DNA of 64,000 nucleotides from the human T2T-CHM13v2.0 reference genome, Homo sapiens: assembly GCF_009914755.1 (NCBI RefSeq), contig NC_060925.1. One strand, 5' to 3'. Positions 31,401 through 47,990 of this stretch are shown here, piece after piece. A model generated the notes under the pieces. It ran no database searches. It worked only from the letters and a program-made list of their open reading frames with translations, and was not told the origin of the DNA. How positions within the stretch are numbered: position 1 is the first letter of the stretch; every line of letters begins with the position of its first letter. The position numbers and the translations under genes are program-made.

Positions 31401-33334
31401 TAAGTTCAAGTATTGTTGATTCTTATTTACACATATCGGATACCCTCTATTGCTATTTCTTTTAGATTATTGTGATAACTTGTCAGTACATTCATCTAAT
31501 GTCTCTATACTCTTAATAATGTCTAGGCATTTGTCCTGGTAATACACTTGGTGAATTTATAGTTCTTAGATTATAATTACATCTTCAAGGTGGCAGTCAA
31601 CAACATAAGTTTCTAACCATCAACATATTTGGTTTGTAAGATGATCAATATGCAGTTTAAGAAGCCATATTATAATTATCTTAATTAAAGTAGCAAAGTT
31701 AGAAAATACCTTTTACATCTTCTAAATTTAATCCTATGAAGAATAAGATCTCTGTCCTGGGAATGAGCACTTTGTAATTCATAGATCTTGGACTGGGAAC
31801 CCAGTTAATGTAAACTCTTAAAAGACTGACTTGGGAAGATCTTTGAGGGCATTGAGTGAGAACTTGCACCAGTTCAGTAACAACCCCTCCTCAACATTAG
31901 AATCTATATTGCTTAAAAAGTCATTTCCACACCCTAGCTTGCCATATGACAAGAGAGTTAGAAGGTTGTGGGAAATTTATTTTTTAAAGCCCACATATGT
32001 TATATAATAAGATATTTTAAGAGGTATTTCAGTTCAGTGCTATTTCTTTTGGACATGGTGGCATATGTAAAAGGGCTATCACAGGGAACCTAGAGGTGGG
32101 AATACAGATCCAGCAATGTGAGGTAGCTCTCAACAGTCATACTTCTTGCTACATCTATGTAAACATGTGTTTTATGTCTATTTTTATGACATATGCAGAT
32201 ATCTTCATGGTTAGGTTATATCGCTGTAGTCACCTTTATTCAACACTTAAATCTCAACCACAAAGAGATGAAATAATGTTAGTATAAATTTAAATTTTAA
32301 AACTCGACATATCTTGAAAATCTTCTGGAATTAGGAAGTAGTGATGATTGCACAACTTTGTGAATATACTAAAATCATTACATTGCACATTTTAAAAACA
32401 TGAATTTTATGGTATGTGAATTACATCTCCAAAGAAAAAAAAAAGCAGAATATTCCAGGAGGATTGTCATTTAGCCTACCCTTTTCCTTTCATGAACCCT
32501 AAATCACACCAGAGGTACCTGTTTAGAAGCAGGAGGGAGAGCTTCCTGTTGAAATTAGAGCTAATTAGTGACTATTGATCTTATATGTGTCCATATTTGC
32601 AGAATAAAAGCCAACACAGTGGGTGGTACATTAATTTTTAGTGATGCCCATTAATTTCCAGGTAGAACATATGTTGTACATTATATGTATACACACATAT
32701 AAACATATATAAGTAGGTAATACACACACATATATGCACTGCCTGTGCTACCTGGTCTTGGCATCAGTTTATATTTTAAACTCAGTGAACACCATAATGA
32801 CTGCTTTATAGCCTTTACTCTTTCTGTTTTTCTTCATGACTAGATTCCAAGAGACAGAAAGGAAACTTTTTTGAAAGAACAATGTAGAATGTTTATTTCA
32901 AATCTCTTTTATCCTCTTTCTTAACTTGCACCTGACCAGGTTTGTGTAAAATTCTTTGTCTACTCTAACATTTTGGTTTGTAAATTTAGTGATTGATTTC
33001 TAATGAAGTGAAATTAGGATAAAGATTTGACTGTAGAATAAGCATGTTTTCATTTTTATACAGGTTCCCAGAAGACACACATTTATCAATATGTGTAGCT
33101 GTTTTAGTATATTTTAGAAACTAGTAACTAAGCCCTTAATAAGCAAAGTTACCAATTTCAGAAATTAAAATACTTTCTATCTTAAAGAGATGAATTGTTT
33201 CTGTTGTGAGGAAAGTTTTCTAGTGATGGTATCAGTTGCTGGTACTTTTTGGAGATCTGTAGCCTTCATCTACCTTTGGAGAACGATATGCTTTTCTGGT
33301 TTAATTAAATAACTATTTGCACAAATGTGAGTTA

Positions 33335-34019
<685 letters not shown>

Positions 34020-34605
34020 TTAATTAAATTCAGTGAATCTCCCAAAGCATAATAAAGGTTACCTGTTCTAGATGGGAAAATACTAAAAGAATCTGGAATG
34101 CTTAAACTCTCTTGGGTTTGGGACACAGACATTATTATAAATACATAATTTCTAATTGAAGTGTCTTATCCATGTTCAGTACAATTAAATTTAGAATGTT
34201 TAACCTCATTCTTGAGATTAAACAAAGTAATTTTTAAAATCAAAATGTAATTTAAACAAAGAAAATGATTCCTCTATGTTTCCACAGAGTTTTTTCTTGC
34301 ACATACTGGTTTTTGTAGAGCAATTGCTCCTACATGTAATTTCAAATTAAGCTATTATGCATAGTAAAAATAATACAAATGAAATATTTGAAATAAAGCT
34401 TAATTGTACTTTTTTGCCATCCTTAAATATCTAATGCAATAGTTTAATTTTCACATTTCTTTTAAACTTGACAAATAAAAGTTTAAATTAGTATACATTT
34501 CTTACCTATAAAAAAGAGGGAGTAGACTTTTTAAAAAAACTGTTGGACCCTTTCTTACTCAGGGGAGTCAAGATAAGTGAATCCATCTTTGAAAAATGTT
34601 TTTCT

Positions 34606-35044
<439 letters not shown>

Positions 35045-35443
35045 CTATGATAACTTAATGATAAACTTCAGAAGTCTTCCACTTTCTCTTTGAGCTTGGA
35101 TAATCCAGAGAGTTCATTGTTATAGGATGGTGAAGATGCAAAACTAAATCCTTTTGGCTTCTCAAGCAATATAGCTAATAAGGAGTGGGCGATTTCTAAC
35201 AATGCTGGTCTGCTAGAGTCCCTTATACTTAACCCTTGGGGGAAGAATATGCTTTAGGAACACTAAGAATTTCTAGTATGTTTACTGGTGATCTTCAGAG
35301 TTTTCAAGAAACTTTCATTAATTTTTAGAAAGTTTTCTTTTCTGTTTAAGTATTACTGAGAAAATTACCTGACACTAATATGTTTCTATATCATCTAGAA
35401 TGCATCTGCTTTTTGAAAATTTGATTTGTGTACTAGAGTAGAG

Positions 35444-35667
35444 CAAGGATCTGCAGACTGTGGTTTATAGGCCAAATCTGGCTCACTGCCAGTTTTTGTA
35501 AACCAAGTTTTATTGGAACACAACCACACCTGTTTATTTATTTATAGTGTATGGCTGGTTTTGTATGACATTTGTAGAGTTGAGAAATTTCAACATAGAC
35601 CATGCGACCTGCAAAGCCTAATATAGTTACTTTCTGGCAATTTACACTAGAAGTTTGCTGACCCCTG
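35444..35667. mobile_element. MER58A DNA transposon
   Basis: ggccaaatctggc...agttttattggaacac...aagtttgctgacccctg. Confidence 0.85.
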
Positions 35668-36099
35668 TGCAAGAGTATAACCTAAGATAGTTTTTTAAGC
35701 GCTGAAAGAAATGCAGTCTGTTTGGCCAGCTGTCATTTATCACTGACAAGATTTTGTTTTTAGTTTGACATTTAAAAATTTGAAATTTTCCACTACAAAG
35801 ATAAAATTGGATGTGATGAGTAAAGGAGGGAAGCACAAAACCTTCAAATATCCATATTTTCTTTCTCAGATCTTCATTATGGACAACATAGATATTTAAA
35901 CATTTTATCTGTAGGCATTTGAAAACTTGAATATGATAGCTGTCAACTCTTTTAAAAGAGGTATCCAAAAGAAAATATGTGAGAGTTGAGTGTGTTGTTG
36001 CTAATAAATTTGCACTGAGTCTTTTAGGAAAACATTTTCTCCTGACCCTTAAAAGTCTTTAAAAGCATGTGCCAAGAATTCATCATAGCAGCAGACAAC

Positions 36100-36736
36100 A
36101 CCCAAAATATTGAGCTAGGGTTTATAAAGCCGCCTCCCTCCTCGTCATTTTTTCCTTTAAAGCTTAGTTTCTTTACTTTTAATTAACAGTTCACATTTCT
36201 CTGGTTTCTCATCTTGAAATAAATGACGTTCACAATCCCTTGAACTGCTTCACCCAGACTTCAGCCCCCAGGTACACATGAGATCCAGGATCCATTTTTC
36301 TTTTGCATTGCCCTGCCCAGCAATTTCATTCTTTTGTCTGAAGATGAACTATTTTGCAAGATTTCTGACCTTGTCATATAAGGAAGTTCCTTCCACCCAG
36401 CTTTAACAACACAGTATCAACACCTCACACCGTAGTTCCTTAATAGTCCCACATACAGCATTTTAGTCATTCATGCAAACTGTAAACAGCAATGTGGAGA
36501 GGGAGGAGTTTGAAGATATGAGTCTTCCTGAGTTGAGACTTGCCCACTGGCTACCTCAAGTATCTTTGTTCCATTGAATGTTTGCGGTCACAGAGAGAAC
36601 TTAGAGTTATATGACACTCAAAGGAAAAGCAAAAGAGCATTAAGAAGTGTCTGTTTTTGTTATTGCCATTTCATAAATATTTTAGTAGGTGTTCAATTTC
36701 ATTGGATATTCTTTTTTTTTAATTGTCTTTGTACCT
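36100..36736 (+). promoter_or_regulatory. RABGAP1L: Inferred CpG-poor internal promoter / 5' UTR for the short coiled-coil isoform
   Basis: Directly upstream of ATG 36737; lies in an Alu-free stretch (~34900-38930); TTTATAAA at 36121, forkhead-type TGTAAACA at 36481; TSS cannot be located. Confidence 0.45.
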
Positions 36737-36775
36737 ATGATTGAAAACAGTAGTTGGTCTATGACTTTTGAGGAG
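36737..36775 (+). CDS. RABGAP1L: Coding part of alternative internal first exon, MIENSSWSMTFEE
   Basis: ATG at 36737, consensus donor GAG|gtaagt at 36775/36776, phase 0 and in frame with the 41053 exon; 13+240=253 aa, matching my recollection of a short RABGAP1L isoform. Confidence 0.82.
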
Positions 36776-38928
36776 GTAAGTTTTTTTTTTAATCTATGTA
36801 TGTCTGTAACATCAGTGTCTGTCTCTTTGAAAAATGCAGTATCCTCCTCCCAAAAGTTACTAACCAAACTTTCCCAGCTGTACATCTCCTATCCATAAGG
36901 GGTGAAACTATGAGGACAGTTGTTATCTGCTTTTTGTTCAAACGGTGTCAGTTGTGTGAGATGGGGAGTATATGTTTCAGACAGTGTGATGTGAGTTTTA
37001 AGAGTTATGTAATCTTTTCTGAAAGGCAAGAGGGAGCCAGTTTGCCTGTTTTGTTTACAGGCTTTGAGCATTTAGCACATCTGCTTGTGCAAACTTACAG
37101 CATGTGAATTTCTCTGGGCTGACTGAGGTTATTGGGGCTGACTTTAAGTCTGTCTTCCATGGGCAACCCTTGTCAACATTTCAAAATGAACCAAGCAGGG
37201 TTACTGCCTTTTCCAAGACCATCAAAACCAAACTCTCTTCTCCATTCTAGTATACAGGCAAACTTTTTCTAGAATTGGTCAGTATTGAAAACAGTTTTGG
37301 CTCCTTGAGAAGAACTGTAAAAGACAGCCACGTTAATATAAGCTCTGTTTAGCCCTCAGTAGGTAAGTGTGGGCAAGTTCTTTGTAGAAAATCTCCATCT
37401 CAGTAGCAGGGTCTCACTGTAGTGCTCAGTAGCACTCACCCTGGGTTCATACTTTGGAGGATGATACTGCATTTTTGGCCCCGTAGCTTGCTTTCCCACT
37501 TGTCTGTGAGTGCAGAGCAGGAGTCTGACACTTCCCACTGTGCTGCTTGCTTTGCAGACACTAAATTGAAGCTTCTTGCTAAAGCAAAAGCCAGTAGGCG
37601 TGCCCTCTAGGCTATTTTGCTTTGCAGGGACTCTGAGACACTCAGTTTCTCCCAAATCTTTTCCCACCCTTGCCCTTGCCCCTTTAGCTGTGTGTCTGTA
37701 AGGAAGGGTTTCAGTTGCAACAGTCATTGTAATGAGAAGTTACTAGTCAGAATTTCAGCTGAACTCACACCTCTTTCTTATATAACAGATAATCCATCAG
37801 ACATTTATCTCTAATCAACAGTGAAGTAGCTACCTGGTATGATTTCTAAATACTTGAACAAAGTACTTTTCCATGAACATCCTATGACTTTACTTGGAGG
37901 TTACTTTAACTCAATTCTAAGCATGTAATTGTAACCTGAAAAACTGGTAGTGGCAACATTTTCACTTGTGCCAAATGAATGTAATGTACATAATAGTCGA
38001 GGGAGCTTTTTGTACTTTGGGGTTATACAAGTACAATTTCAATAGCAATAGGATACTTCACTCAGGAATACCTATTGAAGTAGTCTTATCTTAGTTTCTT
38101 GAAGATATTTATCAAGAAATGAGAAAAATCTCTTCCCTGGCTAAACAGCCTGCATTGTGAAATATGTCATGTTGAAATTGTGCTGGTATTGTTACTCTTT
38201 CCTGGCTGGGAGGAAATTTATTGAAAAAGCTTCTCAAATCTTTTTTTTTAATCTAAGTTTCCTATATGTTTTTTTTCCATGAAAAGGAGTAATAGATATA
38301 TCAGAAATAAAGGCTAACTCTCCAGCCCCTGCTAGAAATTGTGTTGCTTAGGCAAAGATTCAAAGATTTCATTGTAGAAGCTCTGGCTTTTTAGAAATTT
38401 GTTTTTTAGTCTCCACATTTATTATGCTTCTGTGGGAGGGTGTAACTTCTGTAGATTGAGGGGAACAGACAGAATCTGATGAGTACAAGTTGCCTCTACA
38501 AGAGCATTCACAGTCTTCTCAGGAACATCTAGGGAAAGAGTTCCTCACAAGGCACCACTTCTGAGGGGTTACATTATATCTTGGTCAAAAAGGAGGATCC
38601 AATATGGTTTTGTGTAGAATATGACCTTCTAACAGAAGTGGACTTAAATTTTTTTTTCTCATTTTGGCATCTTATCCCTTCCAATGGAATTAAAATTCTG
38701 AATTCCTTTTTTTCTTAATAAAACTATTTTTTAAATCCTATTACAAATATATATTCATTGTAGAAAACTTGAAAACATTTTTAAAAGAACAAGGACAACA
38801 ATAAAGAAAATTCACTACCTACAGTTAATATTGGTTGTTTATATTGTTACAATGAGATTCTCCAATTATTTATTGGGGTTTTTTTCCCCCCTACAAGGAA
38901 GGCAGCGTAAGCATTTCCTGTTATTATA

Positions 38929-39561
<633 letters not shown>

Positions 39562-41022
39562 TTCTCCAGTATTTTAACACTGAGTAGAATTCTATTGTGA
39601 ATTTATTTAAAGTATTAAAGTGATTTGGGATTGTTTTTATCTTTTTTAGTCGATATGTTTTTCAATAATGTTTTAACATTCTCCAACTATTCTTATTTTT
39701 TTCCAAAAAAAAAAAAAAAGACAGAAATGGGCCCTGGTGGCTGGTATAATCAAGGTGCGGTTTTGTCCTTTAACTTCTCTGACAGCCTTCCCTGTTTATG
39801 GATCCTCTGCCTCTGTGAAAGCCTCAGACTTTGCCCTTACCATGTGTTTCTTAGCCCTTGTTTTAAAAAACAGGAAAAAGAAAGAAATTGTCTTCTCTTT
39901 CAATATAACAAACACCAGGTTGTTATATAGAAGATACAATTAACTTCACATTACCTGGTATGCTATGATAAACTATCTTCCAAAACATATATTTGTCTTC
40001 TAGTTTTTTGTCACTGCTTTGTCTGAGTTTTTGCCACCTTTGCAGAAAACACTGTTAGACGTGTAAATCTGAAAAACAGGAAGGTCTCATGACATTAGTC
40101 TTTCCTGTCAGCTCTCTTTTGAATCTCCTATAACTGTTAACAGTAGCAAAGAAAGCAATTTTGATACTTTGGAATGGAAGACATGAAATAGCTATTCTGA
40201 AAATAGTTGTGAACATACCAAGTTCATAGTGTTTAGTTAAGGAAAGGCCTTGCTTCATAAGAATTAGTGACTTGGTTTTTTTTTTTTTCTTTCTTTTTGT
40301 TTGTTTGTTTGTTTCGTTTTTTTGTTTGTTTTTTTATCATGTAACTTTGTTTCAGATTTTTCAAGGTTGGGAGCAGAAATCCTCAGTAATTTATTTTACC
40401 CAGAATGTTTTAATCTGAAATTTTTTAAAAAACAAAAAAACTAGATATCTTATGACTGTTGCTCTCACACAAAAATAGGTGTTCAGAAAAGTAAATATAT
40501 TCTTACTCAAAGAATAAAAATGTCAGCTGTTAGCAAAGTCATGAACCCATGTGTCATGATTCTTGATTTAGAGCTCTTAAATATACTCAATATGAACCCT
40601 GTCTTAGAAAAACAATTTGAAGAAATGTCTGGTGGTTTTCCCCTGTTTCATTCCTACTGTGTCTTGTGGTTTCTCTTGAGGTCAAGGGTGAGACTACCGT
40701 GCATGTTTCAAATAAAGAATTGTTTGTGTCTGTGTTCTAGATCTATGTAAAAACCTCACAGGATTGGGGGGGATATGCTCAGAAAGTTTGTTCTTTGTGG
40801 CACATTTTTTATAATGAAGTTCCATCTTGAGAGTTTAAGGGACCAGTTTCACCGGGTAGAGAACCGCATCTGCATTGCTAGCTAAACTCACTGTTGTTTC
40901 CCAGACAGCAATCCTGCCTTCCTGTGCCACTTGCGCCTTCTCCTTTTTACACCTTTGAAAGTTCACTTTGTTGCTTGTTTTTCCTCACCAGTTCTGTTCG
41001 TTTCTGTATGTCCAGACACTAA

Positions 41023-41295
<273 letters not shown>

Positions 41296-41574
41296 TAATT
41301 GGAGACCATGGAAAACATAAGCCTTTGAGAAAGGTTTGGGTCATTTCTAAATAGCATGTGTGACATACTTTCTTTATACCTCTAAACTCTGTTATGTCTT
41401 TGTTGATACCTTTCCTGAACCAATGGCTGTCAGCATAATTATCTGAGAACATCAGTCACCAAGAATATGCCTGTACTAATGCCACTCTAACAGTAGATGC
41501 CTTACTTTTTGTTCCAGTAAGAATTATTCTCCATAATAAATGTGAACTTTTACATGAAGTACCTACATTAAGAG

Positions 41575-41770
41575 TTGGATTGTTAGATTGATAGGCATCT
41601 GAGTGGCTGAGAGCCAGACTGCCTGATTGTGAATGCTGGCACCACCACTGTGAACCATATGACCCTGGACAGTTCTTAAGCTGTCTATAGGTATAAAAAG
41701 GTGTCTATCTCATAGAGATGATATAACAATTAAATAAGTAAAACACTTCGATAGTATGTGTTCATTAAAT
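41575..41770 (+). mobile_element. MIR
   Basis: gagccagactgcctg...tgaccctggac... Confidence 0.65.
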
Positions 41771-44343
41771 GTTAGATGTAGCTGAGAGAGCTGGCACTAA
41801 AGGGAATTCAAAAATAAAAACAAAAACTGTGTTGTTTGGGACACAGGATATGGAAGGTAGAAAAAGCTGCCCAGAGAATGGTTTTTTAAAAAGTTGTGGC
41901 CCTGTTAACCACAAACCTCATTCAGCCCACCCATTTGGAAGCTGTGAGAAGTGGTATGAGAAATATGTGACTAGGAGAGTCAGAACCAAAGAAGGTAGCC
42001 GGATCTCCATTCAATCAGGGTCAATTCAGCCTTACCTCAGTGGTCATATTTTTGTATTCATGAGACTGTTGAGATAAGTCAGTGCTATAATGAAAGTCTT
42101 GGTTCTATGTTAACTTTCCAAATGGTCTTGATTCACACTTGATTCTGCCATTTTGAATCTTTTATCCATTAATAATTTTCTTATGATGGCTGACTAAATG
42201 AAACAATTTTTAAACAGTTGGATTCAGTGGGGATGCAGTGAAATGAGCTAAGGAGAGTTTCAAAGTTGTTTGGCAAATGTAGTTGGTAATATGTGTTAAG
42301 ACGTTAAAAGGTTTAAGCAATAATAAAATTAAATTTTACTATGTACCCACTATGTGCCAAGCACTAAATAAAGCAATTTATAAACATCATCTCATTTAAT
42401 CTCCCTAATGACTCCAGGAAGCAGTTATTATTTTAATCCTCCATTTCATGAATGAGGAAACTATATAGATGAGGAAACTAGAGATCCTCTGACTTGTAAA
42501 GCTATCCTAAAAAAAAAAGATCTGTTTAAAAAAAATGTATATACAAGGTTGTTTACTGCAGTGTTACTTATAAGAATGAAAAATAGAAATATTATTTTAT
42601 CTATGTTCACTAGTAGGGGAGAATGACAGTTTGACTGTAAAATGTCTTTCTGGAATAATTTTTGTTAATGGGAAAATAATGATAAAGTATTTTTTTAAAA
42701 AATACTTTTTTTTTTCTGTAAACAGTAAACATTTATAATGTTTGCATCTAAATTTCAAGGGCTACTGGCTGGCATTGGGTCATCCTATAGGGAAGGGGAC
42801 CATAGTATACCTAGATAGGGAAGAAGCCCACAAGGAAATACATCAAAATGTTACTGCTAGGTATCTCTGGGTGATAAGATTAAATATAATTTTTATATTC
42901 ATCTTTATAGTTTTTTCCCATTTAGAATTTATAGAAAGACCCTAAATTACTTAACCACCATAGGTTAACTAAAAATGAGCATTGGAACTTTTAAAAATCA
43001 GAAAAATAATGAACATTATAATATGCATATTATATATGAATATAATACTAAATAATATATATAACTTTAATAATCAGAAAAAAATTATTATCTTAAAAAT
43101 CATTTCTTCACCAAGAGAACCCTTTATGTGAGTCAGTCTGGAGTGACTGCCATTATAGGTATTCCTGAAGTAATTGATTATTGAGTACCAGGGTAGCTCA
43201 TGATGTGAGTGCTAGAACAGCCCCTGAAGAAAAGGTTCCATCAGACCTTCATTCTTCCTCTGCCTTCTCTCTTCCCTCCTTGACTCTCTTTCCCTCTCTT
43301 TTAAGAAAAGTAAATATGACCTGGACCCTCCCTTTGGGAGCTTTTTATCTAGATGAAAGAATCTAGATGAAAGAATAAAAACTGCTGTTTCATGCATATT
43401 TCCTCCTAACTTCTGATTTTGCAGTTTCCTCCTCATTGGGGTTTATTTGCTTACCAAAAAGCTGTCCCTGCAGTTGAAGTGACCTGCCCCACCAGTCTTC
43501 TAGGAAGGGCCCTAGCCTGAGAGTGAAAAGTACTGGCTTTGCAGGCCTTCACCTAGTTTGCCCAGTACTTTCCCATTCCCAGTTCATGAAAATCAGATCT
43601 CTTAATTAAAATAGCAAAACACTGGCAAACTTTAAACAAATATAAAAGTAGATTGTATTTAAGACAATATGTAAGCAAACAAACACTAATTAGGAAATTA
43701 GGTTCTTTGCAAAAATAAATCATTTCTTACTCTGACCATTTTAGTGCTAATTTCAGGCTTCCTGGGCACCAAAGGCTCTTCAGCTTTTCCCTCTGGCAGA
43801 GCCTTCCTCTCTTGAGAACTCGCCCTCTCTCGGATTCCTTAAATAAAGATTTCTCAGTGATTAGAAGTGAAAAAAAGGTGCAACATCTCCATTTCAGTTT
43901 CTGTTTGCTATCTGCTTTCAGGCCTTTCCTGTCCTTCCCTATTTGCAAGGAACAAAAGAGAAGAGACATGATTAGTACTGTCCTGCTGAGGACCAGGGGT
44001 CTAGGTTCCCTCTCACCATAGCAAGTTCTGTTAGACCAGAAGCTACATGGACTAAGTGGAAAATTATTTTGTTTTATTTTAAGTTGAACAACTGGCCTGG
44101 TTAGTTCTTTCAGAAATCATTTATCAGAGATCCTCATTTCTGATATTAGGGCTGAGTCTTTTCTGAGGTTATTGGTTGATTCATGATTAAATCACACATT
44201 GCAATGCTTGTTTCTCTCATACATATATAGCAGAAGCCTTAGATTGCAATTAGAACTTTCAGTATCAATGAGACATTATAAGATATTGGTAAGTATTTAG
44301 ACTTGATAATGACAGTGTTTCAATCTTATCAAATTATGGTGAA

Positions 44344-44735
<392 letters not shown>

Positions 44736-45136
44736 TGTTTAGCATTTCATTCATTAACATTAAAATTAATTCCTACTTAAGTGAGGTATAGTGGTTGGCT
44801 GTACAAAAATTCAAAAGACCACTGTTAGAGGGATACTCAAGTTATTTCAGATCTGGCCCTACTTTGATGAACAGAACAATTGCTCCTACTTTTCTGTTTA
44901 ACATAAGAGGAGAAACTGTGAATTAAGCTTCCTGGAAAACTGGACTCTTCCCTATAGGACCCACAACAATTGCTGCAGATGTTGTATATGGTAACAGTAG
45001 AAATAAGTGAAGTTGCCTTAATCTTGACCTAATGAAGACTGTTCAGCAGAAAATGTGCAAATAAAAATAATAGGTCTTCTTAGCATAAACATTTAGGTGT
45101 TTTTGAAAAAAATTCCTCGGGGAAGTGTTTTTCCCC

Positions 45137-45502
<366 letters not shown>

Positions 45503-45733
45503 TAGATGGCTCTCCAAGAGACCAAACTGAAAAAAAAACATTTATTTCAGTATCATGATGAACATTATGAAAGGATCAGTCTGTTCACAAAGTGGAAATT
45601 GCTGTGGGTCCTGTAAGAGGAAGGCTTAGTTGCAGTCTTCTTTATTAGCAGGGCTCAAACATTCTGGGGTAGAACTTGAACCAGTGGGCTGCAGTTACAG
45701 GGAGAGAGTTGGTTCAGTTTTTAAGAACACTGA

Positions 45734-46052
<319 letters not shown>

Positions 46053-46542
46053 GTACAGCTGCTCTCAAAGTGCCACTCTGTGCCTATCTGTCAGAGACTT
46101 TGGGGAGGGTCTCCCTGCTTTGTGAGTAACCTCAGTCAGTCATCTGGCTTGGGGCTCTAGAATGGAAGCTTTGTGCTTCCATGGTTTATTTATTTTTCTC
46201 TTTTTGTTTTCTTTTAAAATGCCGTACTTTATGCCACATCCTTTCATGATGTACATCAGGTGACTTACAACTTATGAAAACTTGACTTGCAGTGTTCATA
46301 TTGCATTCTCAAGGTCTACCTCTCATTTTAGTTGTTAATTTGCTGTTAGATTTTCCCCCCTAAAATCTAATGCATCAGAGCAATTTTTAGAGTCTTAAAG
46401 ACTTTTAAGGGACTTTTTCGCCTTAACTACCCAACGGTTTCAAATGATCTGCAAACAAAGCTCTAACCACTGGGCTATGAGCCATCAGGAGCCAGAAGAC
46501 AGGGCAAGCAGAGCAGCTGGAATGCAGTTTCTCTACAGTCAC

Positions 46543-46701
46543 CAGCAGACTGTGCTGGCCTGGCCATCTGGACATGCAGGAGATATGGCAGAAAACAGAC
46601 AGAAGGCCGCTTGGCCAGTCCTCAGCAGACTGGGCTGGCCTGGCCCATCTGGACATGTGGGAGATATGGCAGAAGACGGACAGAAGGCCACCTGGCCAGT
46701 T
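46543..46701. repeat. Imperfect tandem duplication, period ~80 bp
   Basis: cagcagactg...ccatctggacatg...gagatatggcagaa...gacagaaggcc...tggccagt starting at 46543 and 46623. Confidence 0.92.
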
Positions 46702-46864
46702 TTCACCATTATTTGGATAACATTTTGCTGCTGTCAGCCAGGGATAGCTTCTTCACATAATCACCTCTCCTCTGTGTCTGGGTTCTCTCTGCTGAACTCA
46801 TCCTGTGGCCTTCTGCCATCTCCACTGCATGCAGTCTGCATCTGCAATGATTTAGCCACACCTC

Positions 46865-47150
46865 TTCATTCACCAAGTACTTAGGGAGCACCTATTCTGT
46901 ACTTGGCATTGGGCTTGGTGCTTGGGATAGAGTGATGAGCAAAAGAGATATAGTTCTTGTCTCCTGGAGCTTAAAGCCTAGTGGGCAAGACAAATAAATC
47001 CCATGTGTAAGTTGTCATTACAGTCCTATTAAGGGAAAAATGAGAGATTTAGATAGGGGAGCTAACTTAGATGAGGGTGAGTGGGCCAGGGCTGAGGGCA
47101 TGCTTCATTGCCATGTGAACTTGAAGCCGAGGCCTAAAAGGTGAGAGCCT
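46865..47150 (-). mobile_element. L2 3' fragment
   Basis: ttcattcaccaagtactt...gagcacctattctgt...ggagctta. Confidence 0.7.
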
Positions 47151-47504
47151 GACGTGTTAAATAGACATCATCATTCTAGAAATATGATCTTTTCTTCCTG
47201 GGTTCCTGGTCCATATTTCCATTTTCTTCATGGCTCTCTCTATCATGGGTTTTTGGTCTTGATTTCTCCTTACTAGACTCACTGCCCTGTGTGAGTGGCC
47301 ATGTGGGCAGGTTTACCTCAGCTAGTCTTTGAATTTGCCACCTAACTGTTGTCCTCAGACCACCCTGTCTGCTCCCCTCTCTGAGTCAACCCCCATTCTC
47401 CACCAGTTGGAAGTTTCTGTGTGAGGCTCTACCCCTTCATCAGATCCATCTACACAGAGTGAGTGCTGCTGTAACATCTAAAAATCTGTAAGAAGCATTT
47501 AGAA

Positions 47505-47690
47505 GGAGGATGGACTTTGATGTTATTCAAATCTGAATTCAGATCATGACTCTATTAGATGTGTGACCCCAGACAGTTTGTTGGATCTTTCCAAACCTCA
47601 CTGTCATAATCTGTAAAATTATTGTTGGTGTGTGGATTAGAAATAATGTGTGCCAACTAGATGGCACATAGTTGGCATTCAGTGAAAGCA
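47505..47690 (+). mobile_element. MIR
   Basis: tgtgtgacc...atctgtaaaat...tggcacatagt. Confidence 0.7.
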
Positions 47691-47810
47691 GCCATCGCTT
47701 GGTTGAGCTAGGAGGGAAAATAATGACTTGCAATAATTTTGGAACAGCAACTGAAGATTGGGTTTGGAGAAGATTTCCACACACTTTCTTTACCCTCTGT
47801 ATGACTGTGA

Positions 47811-47990
<180 letters not shown>

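Noticed and set aside
37356-37727. 123-aa minus-strand ORF (and the 108-aa ORF at 10222-10548)
   Set aside because: No recognisable domain, non-ATG start and no supporting splice structure; within chance expectation
43347-43374. Short tandem duplications (ATCTAGATGAAAGA x2; also 51098-51135 and 42452-42480)
   Set aside because: Ordinary slippage products with no functional context
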